Shown: positions 51,261 through 61,189 of the stretch, piece after piece
Numbering within the stretch: the first letter of the stretch is position 1
Layout of the letters: the number at the start of each line of letters is the position of its first letter
From: a virus
Length of the DNA: 64,000 bases
Virus record (IMG/VR): IMGVR_UViG_3300025889_000073
Coordinates: 1 to 64,000 of that record
Reading direction: 5' to 3' (one strand)
Program-made: the position numbers and the translations under genes
The notes under the pieces: generated by a model
Seen by the model: the letters and a program-made list of their open reading frames with translations, nothing else
Told to the model about the DNA's origin: nothing
Databases searched by the model: none

Positions 51261-51826
51261 TAATGATGGAAAAAAATGATGATATTATAACTGCTGAAGA
51301 TAAAATATCTTTGGAGTTTTTGGAAAACCATGTACATTTCATAAACGGTGACATTAACGAAGATACTGTAGGGAAAGCTATTCGTTGGATTATCTATGAA
51401 AATCTAAAAGGTTCTGCTGCTTTGACTTTGTACATCAATTCTGATGGTGGTAATTTACCTGATGCTTTTGCTTTAATTGATGTTATGCGTATGTCTAAAT
51501 GCCCGGTTCGAACAATAGGAATTGGCTCTATTTGTTCCGCTGCATTTTTGATTTTTGCAGCTGGCACTACCGGACAAAGATTGATTGGAAAAAACACTCA
51601 AATAATGTGTCACCAATTTTATACCGATAGTGAAGGTAAATATCACGATTTGAAAACTAAAATTAAAGAAGATGATAGAATGAACAAGAGAATGGTTGAT
51701 TTACTTGTTTATTGTTCATCATTGACAGAAAAAGAAGTGAAAAATAAACTTTTACCCGCAAGCGATGTTTGGTTGTCAGCTGAAGACCTTTTATCATTTC
51801 ATTTAGCAGATAACATTATTTTTTAG
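51257..51826 (+). CDS. ClpP-like serine protease
   Basis: LYINSDGG, CSAAF (Ser), MCHQ (His), DVWLSA. Confidence 0.85.
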   Translation: MIMMEKNDDIITAEDKISLEFLENHVHFINGDINEDTVGKAIRWIIYENLKGSAALTLYINSDGGNLPDAFALIDVMRMSKCPVRTIGIGSICSAAFLIFAAGTTGQRLIGKNTQIMCHQFYTDSEGKYHDLKTKIKEDDRMNKRMVDLLVYCSSLTEKEVKNKLLPASDVWLSAEDLLSFHLADNIIF

Positions 51827-51844
51827 GAAGGAAGGAAAATAAAT

Positions 51845-52353
51845 ATGATTTCTGGTGGTAAAAAATACCAAAAAACTATTAAAACAAAGTACAAAAAAAA
51901 TGAAGCCGACCAATCGGTATTTGAAAAAGAAAAAAATAAAAAAAGACATCACGATAAATCATATTATAGATTAATGAGAGAGGAGAAAGAAGATTATGCC
52001 CTCTGAAGAAATAAAACCAACAATTCAAGTTCCTAGTGAAAAAAAATCTGTAATTATGGAATCAATTAGAGAGAAACAAAGTAAATTATTTAAAGCAAGA
52101 TTGGAACATATGAATCCGGATTTGAATATCAAATCTAAATTAACAAGTTTAAATTTAAAAAAATATGTTAAGGACGAATAATATGAATTCTTACCGAAAA
52201 GAGTTGAAACTGAAAATTAGTGAGTTGGAAGAAAAAATTCTGAATGATGTTGGTGAAAAACAAAAATTGGAATTAGAATTAGCTAGACTCAAATTGGCAG
52301 AATTTGAAGAAGATTTGGTCGAAAGTAAAAACCAACAATTATTGAATGGTTAG
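51845..52353 (+). CDS. Three small hypothetical ORFs (51845-52006, 51996-52181, about 52183-52353)
   Basis: SD-preceded, coupled ORFs. Confidence 0.45.
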
Positions 52354-52430
52354 TAAGCACTAACCTACTGTTGTTTTTATACAACAAATACGCTTGACAT
52401 TTCCATTGGTTGTGTTATACTCCAAGAACT

Positions 52431-52862
52431 ATGGAAATTTTAAAAGAAATTACTAATTGGCAAGTCGATTATCGGCAGCCAAATCATACTTATTTAATTA
52501 ATAATAAAAATCAAATAATTGCCTATGCAAAATGGCATTCAAATGATATTATGATATTTAAAACCAGAAGTGTTTTGAATAAACGATATCGCAAATTTGA
52601 AAAAGTTAATCATTCTGGATTATCTAAATTAATTAATCAATTTAAATCAGAAGATAATAAATCTGAAAACAAAAGTACTACTTTTACTAAAAGTATTAAT
52701 ACTCGTATATTTAAAGTTAAATCTAAAGATAAAGAATATAATGTAGAATATAATACTTTAGGTCACTATTTTGTCTGTTCTTGTGTAGGTTTTGGTTACA
52801 GACGAAAGTGCCGCCATGTTGATGCTGTTGCAAAAAAGATACAGCCCACAAAAAACGCTTGA
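52431..52862 (+). CDS. SWIM Zn-finger protein
   Basis: CSCVGFGYRRKCRH; TTGACA...TATACT promoter upstream. Confidence 0.75.
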   Translation: MEILKEITNWQVDYRQPNHTYLINNKNQIIAYAKWHSNDIMIFKTRSVLNKRYRKFEKVNHSGLSKLINQFKSEDNKSENKSTTFTKSINTRIFKVKSKDKEYNVEYNTLGHYFVCSCVGFGYRRKCRHVDAVAKKIQPTKNA

Positions 52863-52886
52863 CAATTTTGCCTAAACCTGTATAAT
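52859..52886 (+). promoter_or_regulatory. sigma70-type early promoter
   Basis: TTGACA-16-TATAAT. Confidence 0.75.
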
Positions 52887-52917
52887 CCATTCCATGATGA
52901 TTGAAAAGGAAATTGAA

Positions 52918-53845
52918 ATGACCGAATTCGAAACCAAGTGCTACGGTATGTCAGAGCAAGATATCCGTGAGCAGTACATGAAATCCATCACTGCTAAGTG
53001 CTCCGGTCTGGAGATGGTTGTTGCTAGCATTCTGTCCGACTGCCAGGAAATGTTGGTCTGCGGTGATGATCGTGAAGATATTCGTAAGCAGTTAAATGTT
53101 GCAAAATTCATTTTGTTTGAGATGAGCGATGCAAAGGAGTCTGTATGAAAAAAATTGACAATTTTGTAATTTCTTCTGTTGTAAAAAATATTGTTGAAAT
53201 GGATGATGAGCAGATTTACTGTTTAGCGGAACTATTAATTGATTATCCGCAAAAAGCTGAACGACTATCGAATTCAATTAATTTTGCATTTATGGACCGT
53301 CAGTTAACCGCTGTTGAAGTACAAGAACCTATTTGTTAAGGATTTATTATGTTTTTGGTTTGCCTTGGTTTCATGTTGGTGTTTGGTGCTGTGGGCGGCA
53401 TGGAAACCGACCTTTCGGGTCAATACTTTGCCTCACAATTAGTTTTTGCTGTGTTAGGATTGGTATTGATGTATGTTGGTACCGTTCAAATCAATAACAA
53501 ACAATGATTATTTACACCCGATTCAAAAAAAGCAAAAAGAAGAAGCCTACTGCTAAGCAGCGTGAGCTTCAAGCTTCTTGGGAAGAATTGATTAAAAAAA
53601 CTGCTTTGAAAACCGTGGCTAAGCCACCGGTAGGTTTGACGCCATATACAGAACCAAAAATTTATCGGCGTGAAACTCAAAATTACCCAAGTTTAGATAC
53701 CGGCGCTGGGTTATGCACCAAGCCAATTCATGGCAAAGTATACACTGGTACTGCTATGAAAGGTATTGGCACTTTGCATAAATCCAATGCCGTTCCAATT
53801 TTCTCCGATGAAGAAGCTCGAGACCAGGCTGCAATGCGGAGGTAA
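52918..53845 (+). CDS. Small early hypothetical ORFs (52918-53148, 53145-53339, 53504-53845)
   Basis: SD-preceded ORFs; the last has a YTG..MKGIGTLHKSNAVP motif. Confidence 0.55.
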
Positions 53846-53960
53846 TACTAAAGTATTACTTTTTAATGGTTGTATTTTTACAACATTACCAAAAAATGCT
53901 TGCCTTTTTCTGTGGATTTGATATAATCCTTCCATAGAGAGTTGAGAAGGAAACAAGATT

Positions 53961-54710
53961 ATGAAACTGCTGTCAACCGGTAACCCAAAAGTTTTAAAAG
54001 GACTAAAACAAGGTTTTAATACTTATATCTTACATTTGGCACCAGCTAGTGTATCTGGTTATGAGACTTGTCCAAAACGGACTGCTGGTTGCACCTCCGC
54101 TTGTTTGAATACTGCTGGTCGTGGTGGTATGTTCAAAAAAGGCGAAAACACCAATGCAATTCAAAAAGCTCGTATTCGTAAGACCAAAATGTTTTTCGAA
54201 AACCGTGTTGAGTTTTTCTCACAATTGGTAAAAGATATTGAATTGGCGATTAAACAATCTGCCAAAAAAGATTTGACTCCCGTTTTTCGTTTGAATGGTA
54301 CCAGTGACCTTGCTTTCGAAAAATATGAAGTGGTTCGAAATGGTAAAATGTTTCGCAATATTTTCGCTGCGTTCCCTGAAGTCCAATTTTATGATTACAC
54401 TAAGGTGCTAGGTCGCAAAGTGAATCAAATTGAAAATTATCAATTGACTTTTTCTGCCGCTGATGGCAATGATGCTGATGTGACAAAAGCAATTGCTCAA
54501 GGTTATAATGTTGCTGTCGTGTTTGGTCTGAAAAAGACTGAAGCGATGCCTGAAAATTATCTTGGTATGCCAGTTTTCAATGGTGATGAAAGTGACCTAC
54601 GTTTTCTGGATCCAAAAAATGTTGTAGTTGGTTTGTATGCCAAAGGTAAAGCGAAAAAAGATACCTCTGGTTTTGTGAAATATCCTACTTTTATGTTGAA
54701 AGCTGCTTAA
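53961..54710 (+). CDS. Gp88-like conserved phage protein
   Basis: CP...GC...CL..AGRG, FRLNGTSD, QFYDYTK, GDESDLRFLD. Confidence 0.65.
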   Translation: MKLLSTGNPKVLKGLKQGFNTYILHLAPASVSGYETCPKRTAGCTSACLNTAGRGGMFKKGENTNAIQKARIRKTKMFFENRVEFFSQLVKDIELAIKQSAKKDLTPVFRLNGTSDLAFEKYEVVRNGKMFRNIFAAFPEVQFYDYTKVLGRKVNQIENYQLTFSAADGNDADVTKAIAQGYNVAVVFGLKKTEAMPENYLGMPVFNGDESDLRFLDPKNVVVGLYAKGKAKKDTSGFVKYPTFMLKAA

Positions 54711-54714
54711 TATA

Positions 54715-55349
54715 ATGACTGAATTTGAAGGTATTGAATATGATGATAGGCACGGCGGCCCGTTTGACCGTGGTGCTGCTGATAGTTGGTACAATCGTGG
54801 AATCAATCCGCACTTTTATGTAGGCGACACGGGTTCAAGCACTCGTATTGAAATTACAAACTATGATTCGGATGCATATGAATCCTACATTGCTGGTTAT
54901 AATTGGAATGAACAGTTTGGTGGAAAGAAGGAGTGGTAGGATGTACGAAGAAGTAAATTTTGAATTGCAACTTTTGGCTGATGAAGTTAAATTACAAAAT
55001 GAAGAAGAAATTTATAATGATATGATTGACCAAATGTGTGCTGAACACGATATGCAAATGTATGCTTGTTATTCATATGATTTAGACGCAGAATTTTATG
55101 GAGTGAATTAACATGAATTTAAAATATTATCGTTCACCTATTCAAGAAATGTCTTTCTATAAAAATATTCCAATGACTAAATGTAACAAACAGTCATTGG
55201 ATGTGATTAGACGGATTTTGGACTTTCCAATCCGAATCCGCTATCGTGGGCCTCGACCATTTGATGGGAGAAGTTCACTAAATCGGCAATCCACTTGTCT
55301 CAAAAAGTATGCTACAAGCTTTGCCGTTTATGCTGACTATTCTCGGTAA
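54715..55349 (+). CDS. Small hypothetical ORFs (RHGGPFDRGAADSWY protein; 54941-55111; 55113-55349)
   Basis: Packed + strand ORFs. Confidence 0.5.
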
Positions 55350-55425
55350 ACATAAAAAAAGTGCTTGCCAAATGGTCTTGTTTGTGTTAGAATTATGTCC
55401 TCTAAATTAATTAAGGAGTTTTATT

Positions 55426-55851
55426 ATGGCTCGTGGTAAATCTACGAAACTGAAACCTTTCGAAAAGCTGTTGACCGTTATGGTCTCTGGCAAACCGGTG
55501 ACGCTTGAAGAAATTGAAGCAACACTCGGCAACGAAATTCATATGTATCGAATTTCAACCTATATTTGGCATATTAAAACATTTGCCAATGGCGTTGTAA
55601 AGGCTATCAAAGATGGCCGAAAAGTTACTGCTTATCAGGTCACAAATGTTGACAAGATTAAGGAGTATTTCCGTATTACTGGTATTGACCCTAGCAAATT
55701 TGTTCCTGGTCAAGCCGACAAGATTGTTCGTGCTAAGAAAAAAGTTGTTTCTAGCAAAGTGAATAAACTTGTAGATTTGAAGGCGAAGCCTCAACAAAAA
55801 AATGTTGTTGAAACCGAGGACATTGAAGTCGTTGAGGTTACTGAGCAATAG
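55426..55851 (+). CDS. Basic protein with winged-helix-like N-terminus
   Basis: VTLEEIEATLG...YRISTYIWHI...KDGRKVTAY; AAGGAG SD. Confidence 0.5.
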   Translation: MARGKSTKLKPFEKLLTVMVSGKPVTLEEIEATLGNEIHMYRISTYIWHIKTFANGVVKAIKDGRKVTAYQVTNVDKIKEYFRITGIDPSKFVPGQADKIVRAKKKVVSSKVNKLVDLKAKPQQKNVVETEDIEVVEVTEQ

Positions 55852-56028
55852 ACGTTCCGCTTTGTTAGCGGATACTATGACCCGTAGGATGAGAAGTGGG
55901 GTGACTCCCAAGGGTGGTTCCAGTCTTACCAAACTGGCGCTGGCAATGCGAGAACGGTCCCTGTCGGGGAGCGGGTGGAAGGAGCGTATGCTCTATAATT
56001 ACCGCCGGGGGACGCAGAGCATTTTTTT
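55852..56028 (+). ncRNA. Candidate structured non-coding RNA
   Basis: GC-rich intergenic island with several nested hairpins ending in a stem plus T-tract. Confidence 0.6.
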
Positions 56029-56039
56029 ATAGGGTTGTT

Positions 56040-56342
56040 ATGAACGAAAAACAAGAAGAAGTTTTACGAATAGCACAAGAGGAATGCGCTGAAGTGATAC
56101 AGGCTATTTCCAAAGTGTTTAGATTTGGATTGCACACAGAACATAATGGCAAAACAAACCAATCAAGCTTGACTGATGAAGTTGGCGATTTACTTTGTAT
56201 GATTGAATTATTTTCCGAATTTGGTGTTTTGGATAAAAACAGAATTAAATTTTGTGCTTTGAAGAAACGTGAGAAACTGGAAAAGTGGTCGAGTATTTTT
56301 AAAAATGAAATTGAAGAATATCGTGCCGCCGGCGTTATCTAA
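56040..56342 (+). CDS. MazG-like nucleotide pyrophosphohydrolase
   Basis: EECAEVIQAISK...DEVGDLL. Confidence 0.75.
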   Translation: MNEKQEEVLRIAQEECAEVIQAISKVFRFGLHTEHNGKTNQSSLTDEVGDLLCMIELFSEFGVLDKNRIKFCALKKREKLEKWSSIFKNEIEEYRAAGVI

Positions 56343-57054
56343 AATCACATTATCTCTGTTGTTTGTTTCTGGTGTTTCTATGGCATCAGAAACTTTTGGT
56401 TCTGGTGAATACCGATTTGGTCCGGATACATCGGAGAATTTTGCTTGTGAGATGGCCGAAATAAAAGCTAAAGAAAATGCCATATCAAACTTTTTAGGCG
56501 AGACTGTAGAGTTTTCCTCACAGAGAAGTTGTATAAATGCACATTGTGATTTTAATGACCAAATTGTTTTGGATTCAAAAGGTGTTATAAAGAGTGTTTC
56601 AAGCTTACACAAAACAGTTCTGGTAAGAGAAGGTTATAAAAATTGTGTCGTTAAAGTTAAGGCTGATGTTGTAGAAATAAAATCAAATATTAAATTTCGG
56701 GTTGATGGTAAACTGGATTATTTTTATGGTGATTTAGTTGATTTTTCTTTGATGTCGAATAAACCTGGCCACGTTTATATTTTTAATTATTTTTCCGGCG
56801 AATACACACATATAATCAATGCTCAAATTTTTAGACAAAATACCGCAATACCAATCAATCAATTGACAGCATATTTACCAAAATATTTGGATTATTCAAA
56901 AGAACTTATGGTTTTTGTTTTTACCGAAAAACCAATTAGGCAAATAAAATACAAGTATGCCGCAAATGAAATGAAAAATATGATACTATCCATACCTGTA
57001 GAAAGTAGGAAAGTTGTTTATCGTTATTTAACTATACGCAGGAAAGTAAAATGA
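56305..57054 (+). CDS. Secreted protein (FlgT-N/DUF4384-like)
   Basis: Signal-like N-terminus; AC..AE..AK..A motif; adjacent lipoprotein. Confidence 0.45.
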   Translation: MKLKNIVPPALSKITLSLLFVSGVSMASETFGSGEYRFGPDTSENFACEMAEIKAKENAISNFLGETVEFSSQRSCINAHCDFNDQIVLDSKGVIKSVSSLHKTVLVREGYKNCVVKVKADVVEIKSNIKFRVDGKLDYFYGDLVDFSLMSNKPGHVYIFNYFSGEYTHIINAQIFRQNTAIPINQLTAYLPKYLDYSKELMVFVFTEKPIRQIKYKYAANEMKNMILSIPVESRKVVYRYLTIRRKVK

Positions 57055-57632
57055 AAAAAACTCTTATTGTATTACCCCTAGTCCTTGCCATGACAGCTTG
57101 TTCTAGTTTAAAATACTCACAAGATATTGCAATTGAAGCACCAAAAATCGGAACATCTCCCGGTGATGAAGTGAAATATCCTGATTGGTATGTTGCTAGT
57201 GTTGATGACAAGGCCTTGTATTCCGTTGCTACTGAATATTCTTCTGATATGCAATTTGCTGTTGATAAAGCAATGTTATCCGGCAAACGTGAATTGGCTT
57301 CTAATTTCTCGTCACATATTAATGGTATGTTGAAAGATTATGCAGCTGAAGTTGGCGATTCTAGTGATTCTGTGATTAGAGATATTGACCGAACGACAAA
57401 GATGGTCGTTTCTCAAGTGAATCTAATTGGCGTACAAAGAACCAATTTTAAAATTGTACATGAAAAAACTGGTTATCGTGCTTTCGTAAAACTCCGTTAT
57501 GCAACTGATGATTCTAACCGAGTTTTGCTGTCAGAAATTAAAAAGAACTCAAAATTGAAAGCCAAACTTCAAGGTTCAAAATCATTTAAAGAGATGGAAG
57601 AATCCATAGAAAAAATTGAAAGTACTAATTAA
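57051..57632 (+). CDS. Lipoprotein (LPP20-like)
   Basis: Lipobox MTAC; PDWY; D.QFAVDKA. Confidence 0.7.
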   Translation: MKKTLIVLPLVLAMTACSSLKYSQDIAIEAPKIGTSPGDEVKYPDWYVASVDDKALYSVATEYSSDMQFAVDKAMLSGKRELASNFSSHINGMLKDYAAEVGDSSDSVIRDIDRTTKMVVSQVNLIGVQRTNFKIVHEKTGYRAFVKLRYATDDSNRVLLSEIKKNSKLKAKLQGSKSFKEMEESIEKIESTN

Positions 57633-58066
57633 TTATCTCAAGTATTCCGGTATATGGGTTGGGTTTGTTCTTAACCCATATCATTGGGAATTTAAGTATC
57701 AAACAAAATCAAAAGAGTTTCCGGACAACTACAACTTATTCGATAATTGCATTTATTGTGGTCCAGTTTGGATTCGTTTAGTCATTGATGATGGGAGATG
57801 GTAGTGAAAAAAAGTATAGATAAGATTTTTGATTTAGAACAATCAATCATGCAATGTTGGAATGTAATTGATGACATTAAATTGGTTACACAACAAGTTT
57901 ATGACCGGCCAAAACCACTTACAGAAGATGAATTAGGAAATCTTTTGATTGGTTTAGAATCAATGTATCAATTAAAATTCGAAAAACTTTGGAGCGAGTT
58001 TGAAGATATTTGTAAAGATTATCATAAATATCGAAAAATTGCTGAGTCCGTTCAGGATGATATGAA

Positions 58067-58660
58067 GTGAATATTTTTTATCTTGACGCCAACCCTAAAA
58101 TCTGTGCTGAAATGCATTGTGATAAACATTGTGTAAAGATGATTATCGAATATGCACAACTTATGTCAACAGCACACCGCATACTCGATGGTCAAGAATA
58201 TATGGGTTTGACGGCCAATGGTCGTAAGATTCGGCGCTGGCGTATGGATGATGAAAAACTAGAAAATGGTTTGATGAAGGCATCACACATAAATCATCCG
58301 TCAAACATCTGGCTTCGTCAAAGTGGTGAAAACTATGATTGGCTTTTAAAGATGTGGTTGCATTTGATTTCTGAATACACACATCGTTATGGTAAACAAC
58401 ACGCTTGTGAAAAGTATATTGATTTTTTGTATTTCAAACCAAAAAATATTCCAAACGGAAAATTTACTGAGCCGACGCCAGCAATGCCAGATGACTGTAA
58501 GATTACCAATGATTCTATAGCGTCCTATCATAAATATTACATAGACAAGAAAATTTCTTTCGCAAAGTGGACTAAACGTGAAGTTCCACTTTGGTTTAAA
58601 AATGGAATTGGAATAAATATTAATAATGCCAACTTACAGTTTCTACAACAATCAAACTAA
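58067..58660 (+). CDS. Pyrimidine-dimer DNA glycosylase-like protein (DenV family)
   Basis: MNIFYLD...HCDKHCVKM, HINHPS..W, EYTHRYGK.H. Confidence 0.8.
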   Translation: MNIFYLDANPKICAEMHCDKHCVKMIIEYAQLMSTAHRILDGQEYMGLTANGRKIRRWRMDDEKLENGLMKASHINHPSNIWLRQSGENYDWLLKMWLHLISEYTHRYGKQHACEKYIDFLYFKPKNIPNGKFTEPTPAMPDDCKITNDSIASYHKYYIDKKISFAKWTKREVPLWFKNGIGININNANLQFLQQSN

Positions 58661-58919
58661 TGAATCGTTTGATGCCTTCATGAAAATAAGTGAGAGAGAA
58701 GATTACTTAAAAAATAATCCTCATATCACTTCAATAGTCTCTGCACCCGCCTTGGTCTCGGGTGTATCTACAACAAACAAAGTTCCCGATGGTTTTAAGG
58801 ATGTGCTTGCTAAAACAGCAGAAGCACATCCTTCTTCACCATTGGCACAGAAATATGGTAAAAAATCCTCCAAACAAATAAAGACGGAAAGTATCGTCAA
58901 AAAACATTTAGGAATTTGA
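58626..58919 (+). CDS. FmdB-like small protein
   Basis: MPTYSF...YLKNNPH...DGFKDVL. Confidence 0.6.
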   Translation: MPTYSFYNNQTNESFDAFMKISEREDYLKNNPHITSIVSAPALVSGVSTTNKVPDGFKDVLAKTAEAHPSSPLAQKYGKKSSKQIKTESIVKKHLGI

Positions 58920-58961
58920 GTGTATTTGTTATGATATTTTTTAACAAAAAGGAGAAGCCTA

Positions 58962-59185
58962 TGGCCAAGCGTTCAATGCAAAAGAAAGTAGCATTACTTC
59001 AACAGAAATGGGATGGTGATTTAAAAGATAAGGAGGAAGAAGACCCAAGATGGAGTAATCAAGAAGTTGCAAAGAACCGACAAAAAGCCATATATGAACA
59101 GAACCCATGGTTAGAATATAACATGACTTGTTCAGAGTGGTATGAAAAAATAATTAAACCAACATTAATGAAGGAAGCTGCTTAG
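58962..59185 (+). CDS. Hypothetical protein
   Basis: AGGAG SD before MAKRSMQ. Confidence 0.5.
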
Positions 59186-59192
59186 TAATATT

Positions 59193-59858
59193 ATGAATTT
59201 TTGTCATGTTAAATTGGATGAGTTGAATTTCGAAATGGAATCAGAAACCACGGAAAGGGGTAGAGTCTATAAAGTTCCAGGAGGAGGACTCTACCCTTCT
59301 ATCACAACAGTATTATCATCATACAATAAAAAAGCTCTGATGGAATGGCGCAAAAGAGTTGGTGAAGAAGAAGCTAATCGTGTAGCTAAAGCTGCATCTG
59401 GTCGTGGAACCAGATTACACAATACGGTTGAGAAATATCTCCTTAATGAGTTGACTGACGTTAAAATAAAAACTATGATGCCTGACATTAAGGAAATGTT
59501 TTTCGATATGCGTAAAATCATTGATGAGAATATTGGTGATATTTATGGTATTGAACAACCACTTTATTCCCACAAATTAAGACTCGCAGGCCGTTGTGAT
59601 TGTATTGCGGAATGGAATGGACAGTTATCAATCGTGGACTGGAAGACCGCAAGTAGAGCCAAAGACAAAGAACATATAAAGAACTATTTTATGCAGGCTA
59701 CGGCTTATGCAGAAATGTTTGAAGAACTGACCGGAAAGGCAATAGACACAATTGTTGTGGCGATAGCTGTGCAAAGTGAATCTCCGCAGGTGTTCATTGA
59801 GAGTAAGTATAAATACCTTCTCCCTTTAAATGAATATAACGAAAGGTACCAGAGATGA
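59193..59858 (+). CDS. Cas4-like / PD-(D/E)xK exonuclease
   Basis: YPSITTVL, RGTRLH, AGRCDCI, IVDWKT, YFMQATAY. Confidence 0.85.
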   Translation: MNFCHVKLDELNFEMESETTERGRVYKVPGGGLYPSITTVLSSYNKKALMEWRKRVGEEEANRVAKAASGRGTRLHNTVEKYLLNELTDVKIKTMMPDIKEMFFDMRKIIDENIGDIYGIEQPLYSHKLRLAGRCDCIAEWNGQLSIVDWKTASRAKDKEHIKNYFMQATAYAEMFEELTGKAIDTIVVAIAVQSESPQVFIESKYKYLLPLNEYNERYQR

Positions 59859-60217
59859 AAAGTATACTGGCAGCGCTTTTGATTATGTTGCCGGTGATTG
59901 GTTTTGCTGAACCAAAAAAGAAAGAAGAATCTAAGCCGTTAATGATGAATGTGGAAACAATGTGCAATGATTCATCATTATTAGATTTGGTTATGTTTAA
60001 ATATGGTGAAATGCCTGTTATAAAAATGGAATCAATTCGTAGTTTAACTAAAGGAGATGATACTACGTCATTTGTTTCAGTTTTATTTGTTAATCAAAAA
60101 ACAAGAAGTTGGACTTTGATTGAAGAACGAGGACCCTTATATTGTGTTATTGGTGTTGGAGTGAACATTCGAATTTTTTCTGATAAACAATCTGAGGAAC
60201 AAACTAAATATTATTGA
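59855..60217 (+). CDS. Secreted hypothetical protein
   Basis: Signal peptide; N..T.SWTLIE...CV.G.G. Confidence 0.55.
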   Translation: MKSILAALLIMLPVIGFAEPKKKEESKPLMMNVETMCNDSSLLDLVMFKYGEMPVIKMESIRSLTKGDDTTSFVSVLFVNQKTRSWTLIEERGPLYCVIGVGVNIRIFSDKQSEEQTKYY

Positions 60218-60220
60218 TAT

Positions 60221-60570
60221 ATTGCTGTATGAAGCAATGAGAAAGGTGTTCTGGACGGCGGTTCGATTCCGCCCACCTCCACCATAAGCACACTGGCCTT
60301 TGGGTGTAGTCCGTAAGGATCAAGAGATAATTTCAAAGACCCCATATAACCAAGTTAGTGTGCTTTTGATGGGGGTGTACAGGTTTCGACAGGGCAATGA
60401 GTAACAGAGTGGACAGCAGGGCAATGTGAAAGCCCTTAGGGTTGAGACTACTCGGCCGAAGAAGCAAAAAAAGTAAACGCAAACGATGAAGTTTACGCAC
60501 TAGCTGCCTAATAAAAGGTAAGCAGGAGTTTTTGGAGGTTTTGACTTGGCAACAGAACAAAACCTCCTTT
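60221..60570 (+). ncRNA. ssrA: Circularly permuted (two-piece) tmRNA
   Basis: 3' piece (T-arm GGTTCGATTCC, CACCTCCACCA) ends at 60284, before the 5' piece GGGGGTG...TTCGAC at 60371; G3.U70 pair; tag ANDEVYALAA* at 60479-60511. Confidence 0.92.
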
Positions 60571-60599
60571 CGGAAAAGTATTGAAAAGAGTGAAAAGAT

Positions 60600-60929
60600 A
60601 TGATTGGTATAGATTTAACTAGAATTTCTAGGTTTGAAGGTATTGATTTAGAACGCCTTGGTATGAAATTAGGTCATAAATTAGATAGTCCAAAAACTGC
60701 TGCTAAAGTTTGGGCCTGTCTTGAGGCTTTAACAAAAGCTGAAGGAAAAAAGTTTAACCCCAAAAATATAAAGTTACTTTTTAACGTAGCCTGTGCGCCA
60801 ACGGTAAAAGGTGTTGACCCTAATCCTATGGTTTATTCTGACCGTGTATTATCTGGTGAATATATATTATCTTTAACCCATGAAGGCGACTATGTTGCCG
60901 TTGTTGCTTTGCGTAAGGAAATGAAATGA
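60600..60929 (+). CDS. acpS: Holo-ACP synthase (AcpS-type phosphopantetheinyl transferase)
   Basis: IGIDL..ISRF, W(AC)LEALTKA, LSLTHEGDYVAVV. Confidence 0.75.
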   Translation: MIGIDLTRISRFEGIDLERLGMKLGHKLDSPKTAAKVWACLEALTKAEGKKFNPKNIKLLFNVACAPTVKGVDPNPMVYSDRVLSGEYILSLTHEGDYVAVVALRKEMK

Positions 60930-61189
60930 CAAGAGAAGAAGTGATTAATCAAATAAGTGAACTTTTTAATTCCAAATATGGCATTTTGTTGACAGATTAT
61001 CCTGAAGATACTGATGTTACACTATTCGCTGAAATCAATGATAAATTAGATTCTATTGAATTTATGAATTTTATTTTTGATGTTGAGGATATGTTTGAGA
61101 TTAGAGATGCTGGTGACAATGGTGCACCAACAAAATTAGGTGAATTATACGATATGTTCGAAAAAGCTATTTTGGAAAAACAAAAATGA
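60926..61189 (+). CDS. Acyl carrier protein
   Basis: 87 aa, acidic; LDS(43)IEFMNFIFDVEDMFEI helix-II motif. Confidence 0.8.
   Translation: MTREEVINQISELFNSKYGILLTDYPEDTDVTLFAEINDKLDSIEFMNFIFDVEDMFEIRDAGDNGAPTKLGELYDMFEKAILEKQK

Noticed and set aside
59193-59858. Cas4 as evidence of CRISPR-Cas
   Set aside because: Stand-alone Cas4-like exonucleases are ordinary in T4-like phages; no array or other cas genes here
60333-60560. Minus-strand ORF over the tmRNA
   Set aside because: Region fully explained by the tmRNA on the + strand
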